NCBI GenBank assembly: GCA_034926675.1
Contig: JAYFQW010000081.1
Span: 1 to 32,000, forward strand
DNA: 32,000 bases
Direction: 5' to 3'
Source of the DNA: Clostridia bacterium
GTDB taxonomy: Bacteria > Bacillota > DTU025
The notes under the pieces are model-generated. The model ran no database searches. It was not told the origin of the DNA and saw only the letters and a program-made list of their open reading frames with translations. Below, in pieces: positions 8,798 to 18,237 of the stretch. Position numbers and translations under genes: made by a program. The stretch's first letter is position 1, and every line of letters begins with the position of its first letter.

Positions 8798-10975
8798 GTG
8801 AAACGTGCGATTGCAGTTGTCATGTGCCTGCTGGTGGCCGTTTGCGCAATTGCGGTTTCCTTGCGCATGAACTTGCGTGGCATTACATCGCGGGCCATAG
8901 AGCACGCCATCTCCCGCGCCACCGGCGTGGAGGATGTGGGCGTTGGGGCAGTGGAACCTCGAGGGTTCCGCTCGCTTCGGATATCCAACGTTAGGATCGG
9001 CGATGCGATTTCCATCAGTGAGCTGACTATCACATACGATCTCCGGGGTCTTCTTCGCGACAAGGTGAACCCAGGGCGGAGCATCACCGCGATGGAGGCG
9101 GGCCGAGTGCGGCTCGACTGGCCGGAAATGCAGCTCCTTGCCTCCGGCGACGGCGGTGGCGGTCGCGCCAGGCTCAATGGCCTCCGCAGCGATAGAGGCG
9201 CGTCCCGCGCAGCCCAGTCAGGCAGTGCCTTTGGTGGTTTCCGGGGGACCATATCCGTGAGGGACGCTGAAGTGAAGCTAGCTGGCGGGGCCAACCCAAC
9301 ACTGCTTCTCGCCACGGAGGTCCGGGCGGCCTTGGGGCAGCCGTTGGCGCTGTCGCCTGGGTCCTCTCCAGACCGGACCGCAGATGCGTTCCCCGGTTCT
9401 TCCTGGAACGTTTCGGCAGAGCGTGTGGAGTACGCTGCCGAGACCCCATTTGTGGTCGGGCGCCCCCAGGCCGTAGTATCGATAACGCCAAGCGGAAAGG
9501 TGCAGGTATCGGGGCTTGGGGCAGAACTCCTTGGGGGCAGAGTGGAGAGGGCGTCGGCACTTCTAGACCCAGCGGGCGCCCGGTTTCTGACGAGCGCAGG
9601 AGCGGTGCTGTCGCGAATCTCATATCGGGGGGTCGCATTCACGGGCGACGTTGAGATTCGAGAAGACGGATCTGCGGTCACTCACGCTATCGTCGATCTT
9701 CCGCAGGATCTAGGAGGCCCTGCCCACGTGGATGCGAGCTTCGTCGGGCGTGTAGCCTTAGGCCTCGATGCTGCTGTTCCAGGAGTGGCGAAGACCGATC
9801 CTCTGCGGCTTTCGGCAAAGGGCGACCTTCATCTTAATGCTGTCCGCACTCAATGGGGAGAGTGGCATGATCTGAAAGCATCCGTTGAAATCATGGCCTC
9901 AATGTCCGGAATTAGGGTTGACGCCGGCGCCAAGAGGACGTCGCTTTCGGACCTCGCCGCGGGCGGCGGGGCATCAGGCGTGGTATCTGGCTGGGTAAAC
10001 TGGAGCGCAGGTGTTGATGTCCGAAATGGCTGTGCTCAAGCGAATGTGGACATCACGGACGGCCTCGTGAAGACGCCCCTGTGGTCTCAGGAGTTCCAGG
10101 ATATCGCTGGGCGCATAGAGATTGCCAACACCGACGCGCGGCGTTCGCCAGGGGAGAGGGACGTTGCAGGTGCGGACCTGATGCACGGCATTGGCGCCGT
10201 CGTTCACGTGCCGAGCCTCAGGGGGACTATCGGCGGAGGCCAGGCGGAGGTCGCAGGGGCGCCAGGAGCCTGGAGAATCATCTTGAGCGGGGCGCGACTC
10301 GAGCATCAGCTGCTGAGGGGCCAGGTGAATGCAGACCTCTTAGTGCAGGGCGGCGCCTCAGACGGCCTTATCCTGTCGGGCGACATACATCTGAGCCATG
10401 CAGAGGTGGATGCCGTAACGGCTGGGTTCTCCCAGGTTCCATCATTGCCTGATGCCGTTCTCGATTTGGATCTGCAGTTTGGCGATGACGTGAAGATAGT
10501 GAGGGATGGATCCTGGGCTATCATGGCCCCAGGATCCATTAAGCTCGGCGGATCGGTGCGAAACCCCAAACCAGAGGGCGTTCTCATCGCAAGCGGCGGC
10601 GCGGTGGAGTTGTCAGGTGTTCCGCTTGAGATCGTCTCGGGGCGCATCGACTTTCCGGGCAAGGCAGGAGGGACGCTCCAGTTCGGGCTGGAGGCGCGCG
10701 ATATGTCTGCAGAACCCCCGATCGTCGCAAGCATCACAGGTGAACCGGGCAAGGTCAGCATTTCCATGAGGTCTGACGCGGCAGAAGAAACTGACCAAGG
10801 AGGACTCCTCATGAAACTTCTCGACGCTCGTTTGCGTCTATACATGTTGAGCGGCATTGGGAGGCTCCTGGATGAGAGCGTGGATTCGTCCGCAACAGTG
10901 TCCTCATCCCGGACCCGCACTGAGAAGGAATCGGTGTGGGGGAGTAGAATAGGGAATCCGACCATTAGCCCATGA
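8798..10975 (+). CDS. tamB: TamB/AsmA-like translocation and assembly protein
   Basis: N-terminal TM (VKRAIAVVMCLLVAVCAIAVSLRMNLRGITSRAIEHAISRATG), repetitive beta-rich body, and C-terminal LPSLPDAVLDLDLQFGDDVKIVRDG...IKLGGSVRNPKPEGVLIASGGAVELSGVPLEIVSGRIDFPGKAGGTLQFGLEARD...PPIVASITGEPGKV. It overlaps bamA by ATGA. The start is uncertain (GTG 8786/8789/8798); the upstream part of the ORF-track entry from 8249 is probably not coding. Confidence 0.75.
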   Translation: MKRAIAVVMCLLVAVCAIAVSLRMNLRGITSRAIEHAISRATGVEDVGVGAVEPRGFRSLRISNVRIGDAISISELTITYDLRGLLRDKVNPGRSITAMEAGRVRLDWPEMQLLASGDGGGGRARLNGLRSDRGASRAAQSGSAFGGFRGTISVRDAEVKLAGGANPTLLLATEVRAALGQPLALSPGSSPDRTADAFPGSSWNVSAERVEYAAETPFVVGRPQAVVSITPSGKVQVSGLGAELLGGRVERASALLDPAGARFLTSAGAVLSRISYRGVAFTGDVEIREDGSAVTHAIVDLPQDLGGPAHVDASFVGRVALGLDAAVPGVAKTDPLRLSAKGDLHLNAVRTQWGEWHDLKASVEIMASMSGIRVDAGAKRTSLSDLAAGGGASGVVSGWVNWSAGVDVRNGCAQANVDITDGLVKTPLWSQEFQDIAGRIEIANTDARRSPGERDVAGADLMHGIGAVVHVPSLRGTIGGGQAEVAGAPGAWRIILSGARLEHQLLRGQVNADLLVQGGASDGLILSGDIHLSHAEVDAVTAGFSQVPSLPDAVLDLDLQFGDDVKIVRDGSWAIMAPGSIKLGGSVRNPKPEGVLIASGGAVELSGVPLEIVSGRIDFPGKAGGTLQFGLEARDMSAEPPIVASITGEPGKVSISMRSDAAEETDQGGLLMKLLDARLRLYMLSGIGRLLDESVDSSATVSSSRTRTEKESVWGSRIGNPTISP

Positions 10976-12765
10976 TCACAGCCAGAGGGTGCTGTGGATA
11001 TGGAAGTTGTCGCATGATGTGGGAGGGGAGACTGTTGAAGGACGTTCGCTTCAGTAGGTTCTGCGGTATTCTGGCGGTAATGGTTGCCGCGGTCCTGCTG
11101 GCTTCATCGGCAGCCTGGGCTGCCGAGCCGAAGTCGCTGGGTAAGGTAACCGCTATCGAAGTCCAGGGAAACCAAAGGATCGATTCGGACATAATCATCC
11201 GTGCAATGGCCATCAAGGTTGGCGATGAACTAACAGAGCAAGCAATCAACACTTCATTCGGAGCGATCGATGCTCTAGGATGGTTTGCCGACCTAGGAGC
11301 AAACACCGCCCCTTACTTGGGCGGAGTCAAACTGATCGTCATCGTTCAGGAGTTCCCGGTGATCAGCAAGGTTAGCATTAGCGGCAACAAACTGATCGGC
11401 TCCGATGTGCTCACGGCAGCGCTTGGCTCAAAGCCCAACGCCCAGCTCAATATGAACACGCTGAGGGTGGACCTTCAGGCTCTTGGAAAGATCTATCAGG
11501 ACAAGGGCTACTGGGTGAGCATTGAACCGTCCGTTCAGGAACAGGGCGTGCTCTCCCTCAATGTCTTCGAGTGGACAGTCGCCGATGTGCGGGTGTCCGG
11601 CAATGAGAAGACCAAGGCCTACGTGATTCAGCGGTCTATCCAGACGAAGTCAGGCGACTACGTCGACGTAAACAAGATAAACGACGATCGCCGCCGCGTG
11701 TACATGCTGGGGGCCTTCGAGGACGTGGAGGCGAAGGTGGAACCGGTCCCTGGCAAGTACGAGTATGCCATCAACTATGTGGTCAAGGAGCGGAAGACCG
11801 GCACTGCCAACATGGGAATAACCTACAGCTCTGCAACTGGCCTAACTGGCTATTTGCAGCTCGGCGACGAGAATTTCCTAGGCAATGCCCAGACCGTCAA
11901 CCTCAGGGCGGAATTCGGAGGCGGCCAGACGAACTACGAGATTGGCTTCCACGAACCCTGGGTCGGGAAGTCCGGGAAGACATCTGCGGGCTTCAACCTG
12001 TTCGCGAAGTCCGTGGAGAAGAAGTACACGCCCGCGGAGGATGTGGACGACGGAAACCCTGATACCCCCGCCCCAATCCAGTACAAGCAGCGAAAGACTG
12101 GCGGAGACGTCACCATTGGGAGGTCTCTGTCTCTCAATACCACTGCATCTCTCAAGCTGAGAATAGAGAATGCTGTCAATACTGCTGTGAACCCTGAGGA
12201 TCAGCTTCTGACGCCGGCGGGCGGCAACACCCGGTCCCTCACCCTATCAGCGCAGAACGATACGAGGGATGATCTGTGGAACCCAGCCGCGGGTCACAGG
12301 GTCACGGGGTCTGTCGAGTATGCCGGAGGCCTGCTCGGGGGAGATGCTTCATTCTCCAAAGTCGAGGCTGAGGGCTCGATTTATCGCCAGGTCCGCGAGG
12401 GGCACATCCTCGCAGGCCGCGTCAGTGGCGGTTTCGGGCTTGCAGCCCTTCCAGAGGATCAGCAGTTCAAACTGGGAGGGGCCGAGACAGTTCGCGGGTA
12501 CAACTACGGGGATTTCCAGGGCGACAGAATGGCCCTGGCGAACGCGGAGTACAGGTTCAGCATCGTGAAGGGATTCCAGGGCGTGGTGTTCGTCGATGCG
12601 GGGCAGGCATGGAAGATCGGTGAGCCATTCCAGCTTTCCAACACCAAGATGGGGTATGGAGTGGGCGTCCGGGTGATGGTGCCTGTGCTCGGCATGATCC
12701 GAGTTGATTACGGAATCGGAAAGAATGGCGGACAGGCCTACTTCAGTTTCGGTCAGACGTTCTAG
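10972..12765 (+). CDS. bamA: Outer membrane protein assembly factor BamA (Omp85 family)
   Basis: Signal sequence, POTRA repeats (VTAIEVQGNQRIDSDIIIRAM; ISKVSISGNKLIGSDVL; VADVRVSGNEKTKAYVIQRSI), barrel motif LGGAETVRGYNYGDFQGDRMALANAEYRF, and terminal Phe (YFSFGQTF). Confidence 0.95.
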   Translation: MITARGCCGYGSCRMMWEGRLLKDVRFSRFCGILAVMVAAVLLASSAAWAAEPKSLGKVTAIEVQGNQRIDSDIIIRAMAIKVGDELTEQAINTSFGAIDALGWFADLGANTAPYLGGVKLIVIVQEFPVISKVSISGNKLIGSDVLTAALGSKPNAQLNMNTLRVDLQALGKIYQDKGYWVSIEPSVQEQGVLSLNVFEWTVADVRVSGNEKTKAYVIQRSIQTKSGDYVDVNKINDDRRRVYMLGAFEDVEAKVEPVPGKYEYAINYVVKERKTGTANMGITYSSATGLTGYLQLGDENFLGNAQTVNLRAEFGGGQTNYEIGFHEPWVGKSGKTSAGFNLFAKSVEKKYTPAEDVDDGNPDTPAPIQYKQRKTGGDVTIGRSLSLNTTASLKLRIENAVNTAVNPEDQLLTPAGGNTRSLTLSAQNDTRDDLWNPAAGHRVTGSVEYAGGLLGGDASFSKVEAEGSIYRQVREGHILAGRVSGGFGLAALPEDQQFKLGGAETVRGYNYGDFQGDRMALANAEYRFSIVKGFQGVVFVDAGQAWKIGEPFQLSNTKMGYGVGVRVMVPVLGMIRVDYGIGKNGGQAYFSFGQTF

Positions 12766-12785
12766 CCCTGCGGACGCAGTGGATG

Positions 12786-12791
12786 TATAAT
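12786..12791 (+). promoter_or_regulatory. Candidate sigma-A type -10 box upstream of ompH
   Basis: Exact TATAAT in GC-rich sequence within the bamA-ompH gap. No clear -35 was found. Confidence 0.35.
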
Positions 12792-12856
12792 GGGTAGGCG
12801 CCGCGACGCCGTGGCGCCTGCCTTGCTTGTGATGAATTGGAGCTCAGAAAGAAAGG

Positions 12857-13321
12857 ATGAACCGAATGTTCAAGAACCTTCCGAAGACCCTTGTTACTAT
12901 GCTCATCTGCTCAGTTGTCATCGGCGCAGGCGCCGGTCTCATGAACTTGGCAGTCTCCTCGGCCGCTCCTGAGCCGGTCGTGATCGGAAAGATAGATGGC
13001 CCCAAGCTGAACAGCGAGTTTCCCGCACTGAAGGCAGCCTGGGACAACATCTCCAAGCAGAAGGCTACACTGGAGAAGGAACTGAACTCCAAGGCCGAGA
13101 ATCAAGACGAGGAGACCCAGAAGGTTCTCCTCGACCAGTACAACAAGAAGTACAACGACTATGCCAAGACGCAGCTTGAGCCGGCTACCAAGTCCCTCAA
13201 GGATGCCATTGCGGCTGTTGCTAAGGAGAAGGGCGTCAACGTCGTCCTCGACCTCAACGTTGTGCATCTCGGTGGAATCGACATTACCGACGCCGTGATG
13301 AAGAAGGGCGGCGCCAAGTAG
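12857..13321 (+). CDS. ompH: OmpH/Skp-like periplasmic chaperone
   Basis: N-terminal signal segment, then VVIGKIDGPKLNSEFPALKAAWDNISKQKATLEKELNSKAENQDEETQKVLLDQYNKKYNDYAKTQLEPATKSLKDAIAAVAKEKGVNVVLDLNVVHLGGIDITDAVMKKG. It is immediately downstream of bamA. Confidence 0.85.
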   Translation: MNRMFKNLPKTLVTMLICSVVIGAGAGLMNLAVSSAAPEPVVIGKIDGPKLNSEFPALKAAWDNISKQKATLEKELNSKAENQDEETQKVLLDQYNKKYNDYAKTQLEPATKSLKDAIAAVAKEKGVNVVLDLNVVHLGGIDITDAVMKKGGAK

Positions 13322-13346
13322 GAAGGCGTGTCGTTCCGGAAATCGT

Positions 13347-13382
13347 ATGGGGAGGCGCGCTTGGCGTCTCCCCATTCTTCTA
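13347..13382 (+). terminator. Rho-independent-type terminator hairpin after ompH
   Basis: ATGGGGAGGCGC-gcttg-GCGTCTCCCCAT forms a 12-bp stem with one G.U pair and a 5-nt loop, followed by a pyrimidine-rich TCTTCTAG tail. Confidence 0.6.
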
Positions 13383-13407
13383 GAGAGCAGCGATGGGGGT
13401 GGCGTAG

Positions 13408-14241
13408 ATGAGTACTAGTAGGATGATCTCCGCGATGTTCACCGCCATCTTCGCATTGATGCTGCTCCAGGGGAATGGGGAAGTGTCAGCGTGCGTCGGA
13501 GCGCGTCCGATGGCCCTGGGAGGGGCATTTGTGGCCATGGCGGAGGGCTCATCCGCAGTGTACTGGAACCCCGCGGGCCTTGCCTGGCTTAAGTCGGGGG
13601 ATGCAGGGCTTACTGCCACCCTCAACAACAAGTGCACCTACAACTACGACCTCTTCGTTTCTCTCTGCTCACCTCTGGCTCAGGGGTGGGGTGTGGGCTT
13701 GGGCTATGTCCTCTCCACAGTCGCTGCCGGCGCCGGTGTTCTCCGAGAGGATTGGGCAGTAGCGTCGGCTGCCCGGGCCATCGACGATCAACTCGCCATC
13801 GGCGGCAGCGTGAGAATGGAGGCAGTGTCCTTTGAGCCGGAGTCCCCATCCACGAGGCTGAGGTTCGATATCGGCGTCATGTACCGGCTTACTCCGAAGC
13901 TCAGCGCCGGGCTGCTCATCCAGGATCTATCAGCAGGTTCGTCGGCCGCCAATATCAGACCGGGCCTCGCTATCAGGCCAGATGACCGTAGCCTTCTTAC
14001 CATTGATGTTTACGATATGGTCGGGGCATGGGGGCGCCCGAGCGGAAGGGCCGGATTCGAGAGACTGGTAGGGGATAATCTCGCTCTGCGCCTGGGGTGC
14101 TACGGGTTCAGCCCAGGATTCTCCTGGGGCGCACTGACCCTCGGCGCCGGCCTGACAGCCGGGCCATTTCGTGCTGATTACGCATTCCTCGGCGGAGCCC
14201 TGGGCGGCACTCACCAGTTGGGGGTGGAAGTTGCGTTCTAG
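13408..14241 (+). CDS. PorV/FadL-like outer-membrane beta-barrel protein
   Basis: Signal peptide, then ACVGARPMALGGAFVAMAEGSSAVYWNPAGLAWL (the GARxxALGGAFVA...AVYWNPAGL motif of PorV/UPF0164-type proteins). Beta-rich body ending in VEVAF. Confidence 0.8.
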   Translation: MSTSRMISAMFTAIFALMLLQGNGEVSACVGARPMALGGAFVAMAEGSSAVYWNPAGLAWLKSGDAGLTATLNNKCTYNYDLFVSLCSPLAQGWGVGLGYVLSTVAAGAGVLREDWAVASAARAIDDQLAIGGSVRMEAVSFEPESPSTRLRFDIGVMYRLTPKLSAGLLIQDLSAGSSAANIRPGLAIRPDDRSLLTIDVYDMVGAWGRPSGRAGFERLVGDNLALRLGCYGFSPGFSWGALTLGAGLTAGPFRADYAFLGGALGGTHQLGVEVAF

Positions 14242-14256
14242 CGAGGTGTCAACTGG

Positions 14257-17200
14257 ATGAGGATTCTCGACCGTTACGTCATCCGCGAGTTTGTAGGGCC
14301 GTTCATCCTGTCTGTTTCGGCGTTCATAATCATCATGCTAAGCGGCCAGCTCTTCTGGCTGATGGATCTGATCATCCAGACACACGTCCCTGCGCTCGCG
14401 GTGATGCGCATGCTCTTATACAGTCTGCCTGGGATAGTCGCTCAGGTCCTGCCAGTTGCTGTGCTCCTGGCGGTCATGTTGGGCCTGGGTCGCCTCAGCC
14501 GCGATTCGGAGCTCTCGATCATGCGCGCCATCGGAACCCCTTTCGCGAGGATTGTGCTGCCGCTGATTGCCGTTGGCGCTGTTGTGAGTGGAATCGGCTT
14601 CTGGCTAGGGGATTCCGTAGTGCCATGGGCGACTCATGAATCGGAGAACATCGTTAGGCAGATGATCCTGAAGGACGTCATGCCCAATGTGGAACAGGAC
14701 GTCTTTTTCAAGGCGCCGGAGGGCAGGTTCGTCTATGTTGGCAAGGCTGATCCCGCGAGCGGGCTCATGGAACGTGTGATGGTGTATGAAACCAACTCCG
14801 GCGAATTCCCTCGGATAGTGACAGCCATGTCAGGTCGCATATCCGGGCTTTCCTGGCTGCTTACTGACGGCGCCATCCACCAACTGGATTCACGAGGGCG
14901 CGTCAGCATGTCAATGTCCTTCGAGAGCTTGGATATCAAGATGGACAACACGTTCGACCAGTTTGTTGCGAACCAGAAGACTCCTCAGGAGATGAGCAGG
15001 CGAGAGCTTAAGCAGAACATCGACCTGTTCGAACGGAGTGGCATCAAAGTCTCCGGGCTGCGGATCGATTACCACCTGAAATCGGCAGAGCCCGTGGCGG
15101 CCTTGGTGTTCGCTATTATCGGGGCGCCGCTCATTACCAAATCTCCTCGGCGAGGCGGCGGCTACTTCGGAGTGGTGGCAGCGGCTGTGCTGGCGCTTGC
15201 GTACTATGTGGTGCAGGCCATCGCCAGATCGCTGGCATCCCAAGGGACGGTCCCTCCACTTCTGGCCGCATGGTTCCCTAACATCCTGTTCCTGGCAGCA
15301 GGCCTCGCCATGCTATTTTCAGTTGATAAGGTGCGCGGCTTCCGTGCGCGGCGGCGCATTCCGATGGCTGCTATCCTCCTCGGTGCGCTGCTTCTTGTCG
15401 CCATTGCGCCTTCGGCTGCGAGGGCGGCGGATTTCCCAATCGACGTGCGCGGGACCTTGCTGTCGTTCGATGGCGCCACAGGGATCTGGGTAATCTCGGG
15501 GCAAGTGAAGATATCATTCAAAGACACGAAGATAACCGGGGATAGCGCGGAGTTCGATCTAAAGGACAACATTGCGGTGATACGCGGCAACGTTGTGGTA
15601 ATCCGGAACGATGAGGAACTCCGAGGCGATACTGTGACCTACAACGTCTCCACCGGGGACGTAATTGCAGGCAACGCGTGGGCAAAGATCCGCGATGAGA
15701 AGGTCACCGGTTTCCTTTACATGAAAGGCGCGGAGTTGGAGAGGAAGGACAGCTACGTTCGCCTCTCTGACGGCGCCGTAACCACGTGTGATCTTGACAA
15801 CCCCCACTATAAGGTGGTCGCCGAGAGAATGGAGATCTACGTAGACAGCAGAATCGTCCTACATGGAGTGGCCTATTACGAAGGGAAGGTCAAACTCCTG
15901 TCGCTTCCCCACCTTACTATTCCGCTCAAAGAGGATGAGAGGTTCGAGCTTCCGAAAATCGGGTACGGAGCTGCGGAAGGCTGGTACATCAAGACCAAGT
16001 TCAACTACAGGATCAATGATGATGCCACGGGGTCTCTGTATGCCGACTACTATCAGCTGCTAGGGCCTGCGGCTGGCGTCAGTCAGAGGATCAACCTTGG
16101 CAAGATAGGCGAGTTCACAGGGTATCTCTACGGGCTCTGGAACATCAACTCGGACCGGCTCGACACCACAGTCGAGCTGACCCACGCCGTGTCGCTCCCA
16201 TTCGATGTATCCTCGAAGGCGGAGCTGAAATTCAGGGATTTCACAACGTCAGCCGGGTTGCCTGCCCTGGAGAGGACCTATGGACTCAGTTTGCACAGGC
16301 AAGCATCTGGGTCGGCAACTGCGTTGACCTGGAACACCACCCAGCTCGAGTCGGTATCGGATACCTCAAACACTACTCTGATCCTCAAGCACAGCTCCAC
16401 GTTGCCGCAGCCGCTCTCTGTCAGGCTCAACGCCGACGCTTCATTCAGGCGCCAGACTGCGGGGGATTCTGTGGTGCGCAATGTGCTCAACTACAGAGTG
16501 CAGGCGGATAGGGCATTCGGGCCGATTACCGTGACGGGCCTGGCCCAATCCCAAGTTGTGATCGACGATGACTCAAGCCAGGATGGCTCGAACGCGCCAC
16601 CGCCTCCGTGGAAGGCGCTACAGAGGCTTCCCGAAATCACGGTGAAGGCGGATCGGCTGGAGATTCCAAATACTCCGCTGAGAATGGGCGTAAAGATGGT
16701 CTATGGGCGGTACACTGAGGACGCGATAAGAAATGGAGTCAGATCGGATATTACGGCTGGAAAAGGAGAGGCCGAGCTAACTCTCGGAATGGACTCGCGC
16801 AAGCTCACTCAGGGCCTCAGCGTGGATGCGACTGCCAGAGGAGTGTTCAGCCTCTATGAGGGGTACGGAGCACGAGGAGCTGCAGGCTACACCATCGGCG
16901 CCTACGTTGCCCCGGTGCAAGGATCTACACTGAGGATAACGTACAACAAGACCGATGTGATCGGAGCGTCTCCGTTCATGTTCGATCGAATGGCGGAGAC
17001 GAGCAGGCTTGCTGCGAATCTTACCGCCGTGAAGGGTCCGCTCAGGCTCACCCTCTCCAGCGGTTACGACTTTCGGACCCACACCTACGATAGCCTCACA
17101 GCCGCTGCCAGGGTGGATCTGGGTGGTGGGATAGCGGCGGACCTGTCGGGGTCGTACAGCATCTCCACGGGGAAGCCCACATCTCTTGTTGGAAGGGTAG

Positions 17201-17535
17201 TGGTGCAGCCCAATCCGGATCTGGATTTCAAGGCCGCTGCGAGCTACAGTTTCATCACGGGGAAGCTTGCAAGGGTGGAATCCTCTGCGAACATGAAACT
17301 CAGCTCCGACTACCGGCTTGCTTGGGCAGCGGTGTATGATGTGGCCAAGGGCGGCCTGATCAGGGGAGATATCGGAGTGACCCGCGATCTGCACTGCAGG
17401 GAGATTTCGCTGCTGTACGAATACACATCCCGCAGAGTGTGGTTGGACTTCCGGATCAAGGCATTTCCAGGGCAATCCCTAGGTTTCGGGCTAGGAGAGG
17501 ATGGCGTGATCCTGAGCCAGCCCAGCCTGTTCTGA
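14257..17535 (+). CDS. lptF: LptF/LptG-family permease continuous in frame with an LptD/OstA-like region
   Basis: Residues ~1-360: MRILDRYVIREFVGPFILSVSAFIIIML...MLLYSLPGIVAQVLPVAVLLAVMLGLGRLSRDSELSIMRAIGTP...PVAALVFAIIGAPLITKSPRRGGGYFGV (LptF/G). From ~370: signal-peptide-like MAAILLGALLLVAIAPSAARA, then DVRGTLLSFDGATGIWVISGQVKISFKDTKITGDSAEFDLKDNIAVIRGNVVVIRNDEELRGDTVTYNVSTGDV (OstA/LptD N-domain) and a beta-rich region ending in SQPSLF. There is no stop codon between the two parts. Confidence 0.85.
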   Translation: MRILDRYVIREFVGPFILSVSAFIIIMLSGQLFWLMDLIIQTHVPALAVMRMLLYSLPGIVAQVLPVAVLLAVMLGLGRLSRDSELSIMRAIGTPFARIVLPLIAVGAVVSGIGFWLGDSVVPWATHESENIVRQMILKDVMPNVEQDVFFKAPEGRFVYVGKADPASGLMERVMVYETNSGEFPRIVTAMSGRISGLSWLLTDGAIHQLDSRGRVSMSMSFESLDIKMDNTFDQFVANQKTPQEMSRRELKQNIDLFERSGIKVSGLRIDYHLKSAEPVAALVFAIIGAPLITKSPRRGGGYFGVVAAAVLALAYYVVQAIARSLASQGTVPPLLAAWFPNILFLAAGLAMLFSVDKVRGFRARRRIPMAAILLGALLLVAIAPSAARAADFPIDVRGTLLSFDGATGIWVISGQVKISFKDTKITGDSAEFDLKDNIAVIRGNVVVIRNDEELRGDTVTYNVSTGDVIAGNAWAKIRDEKVTGFLYMKGAELERKDSYVRLSDGAVTTCDLDNPHYKVVAERMEIYVDSRIVLHGVAYYEGKVKLLSLPHLTIPLKEDERFELPKIGYGAAEGWYIKTKFNYRINDDATGSLYADYYQLLGPAAGVSQRINLGKIGEFTGYLYGLWNINSDRLDTTVELTHAVSLPFDVSSKAELKFRDFTTSAGLPALERTYGLSLHRQASGSATALTWNTTQLESVSDTSNTTLILKHSSTLPQPLSVRLNADASFRRQTAGDSVVRNVLNYRVQADRAFGPITVTGLAQSQVVIDDDSSQDGSNAPPPPWKALQRLPEITVKADRLEIPNTPLRMGVKMVYGRYTEDAIRNGVRSDITAGKGEAELTLGMDSRKLTQGLSVDATARGVFSLYEGYGARGAAGYTIGAYVAPVQGSTLRITYNKTDVIGASPFMFDRMAETSRLAANLTAVKGPLRLTLSSGYDFRTHTYDSLTAAARVDLGGGIAADLSGSYSISTGKPTSLVGRVVVQPNPDLDFKAAASYSFITGKLARVESSANMKLSSDYRLAWAAVYDVAKGGLIRGDIGVTRDLHCREISLLYEYTSRRVWLDFRIKAFPGQSLGFGLGEDGVILSQPSLF

Positions 17536-17559
17536 TCATGGAGAAGGAGGCGGCCTGCT

Positions 17560-18237
17560 GTGAGCTTGAAGCTGGCCCGAACTGCAGCAGTCCTGGCGGC
17601 GGTCGCCATTGCCTGCGTGTATGTGTATGCGTTCGTGGTTCACAGGCCTTCACCCGCTCGTGATGGGCCAGATGTGAGCCAAGGCTTGATACGACCTGAC
17701 CTGGTCTTCAAGGGTGTTCAGGTTGAGGGCAGAGAGGCCGGCGAGCGGATCTGGACCTTGTCGGCAGCCAGGGTGGAGGCAGGTGCGCGGGGATCTCAGA
17801 CCAGGCTTGACGAAATCACTGAGGGCGAGCTATATCGGACGGGCGAGGCCCATTACGCTTTCAGTGCGGGCCGGGGTGTTCTGGACTCCTCTACTGGGAT
17901 GCTGAGCCTCATGGGTGGAGTCAAGGTGGGCAGCGGCGGACGCGACCTGCTTGAGGCTGATGAGGTGAGATGGGACCCTGCTAGATCCATGGTGATAGTG
18001 CCCGGCCCGGCGAGACTTCACACAGCCAATGGCGAGGCCGCCGCCTCCTCCCTTGAGATTGATGTCAGGTCCTCCGAGATACTCACACAGGGCGAGGTGC
18101 ATGTCGACGAGGGGAACTCGGGGCCGGGATCGGGAGTGACCATCAAGAGCGCCAAAATGCGTATCAACCCGGACACCGGGTCGGTAGAGGCAGAGGGCGC
18201 GACGGAGATCACATTCCGGGTGAGTTCTGATGAGTAG
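17560..18237 (+). CDS. lptC: LptC-like lipopolysaccharide export protein
   Basis: GTG start, single N-terminal TM, then PDLVFKGVQVEGREAGERIWTLSAARVEAGARGSQTRLDEITEGELYRTGEAHYAFSAGRGVLDSSTGMLSLMGGVKV. Located between the LptF/D ORF and the LptA-like gene. Confidence 0.8.
   Translation: MSLKLARTAAVLAAVAIACVYVYAFVVHRPSPARDGPDVSQGLIRPDLVFKGVQVEGREAGERIWTLSAARVEAGARGSQTRLDEITEGELYRTGEAHYAFSAGRGVLDSSTGMLSLMGGVKVGSGGRDLLEADEVRWDPARSMVIVPGPARLHTANGEAAASSLEIDVRSSEILTQGEVHVDEGNSGPGSGVTIKSAKMRINPDTGSVEAEGATEITFRVSSDE

Noticed and set aside
8779-9681. 300-aa minus-strand ORF (and 9174..9638) opposite tamB
   Set aside because: Composition-driven antisense frame, Pro/Arg/Ser rich; no homology signal.
16777-17475. 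232-aa minus-strand ORF opposite the LptD-like region
   Set aside because: Antisense shadow of the continuous 14257-17535 frame.
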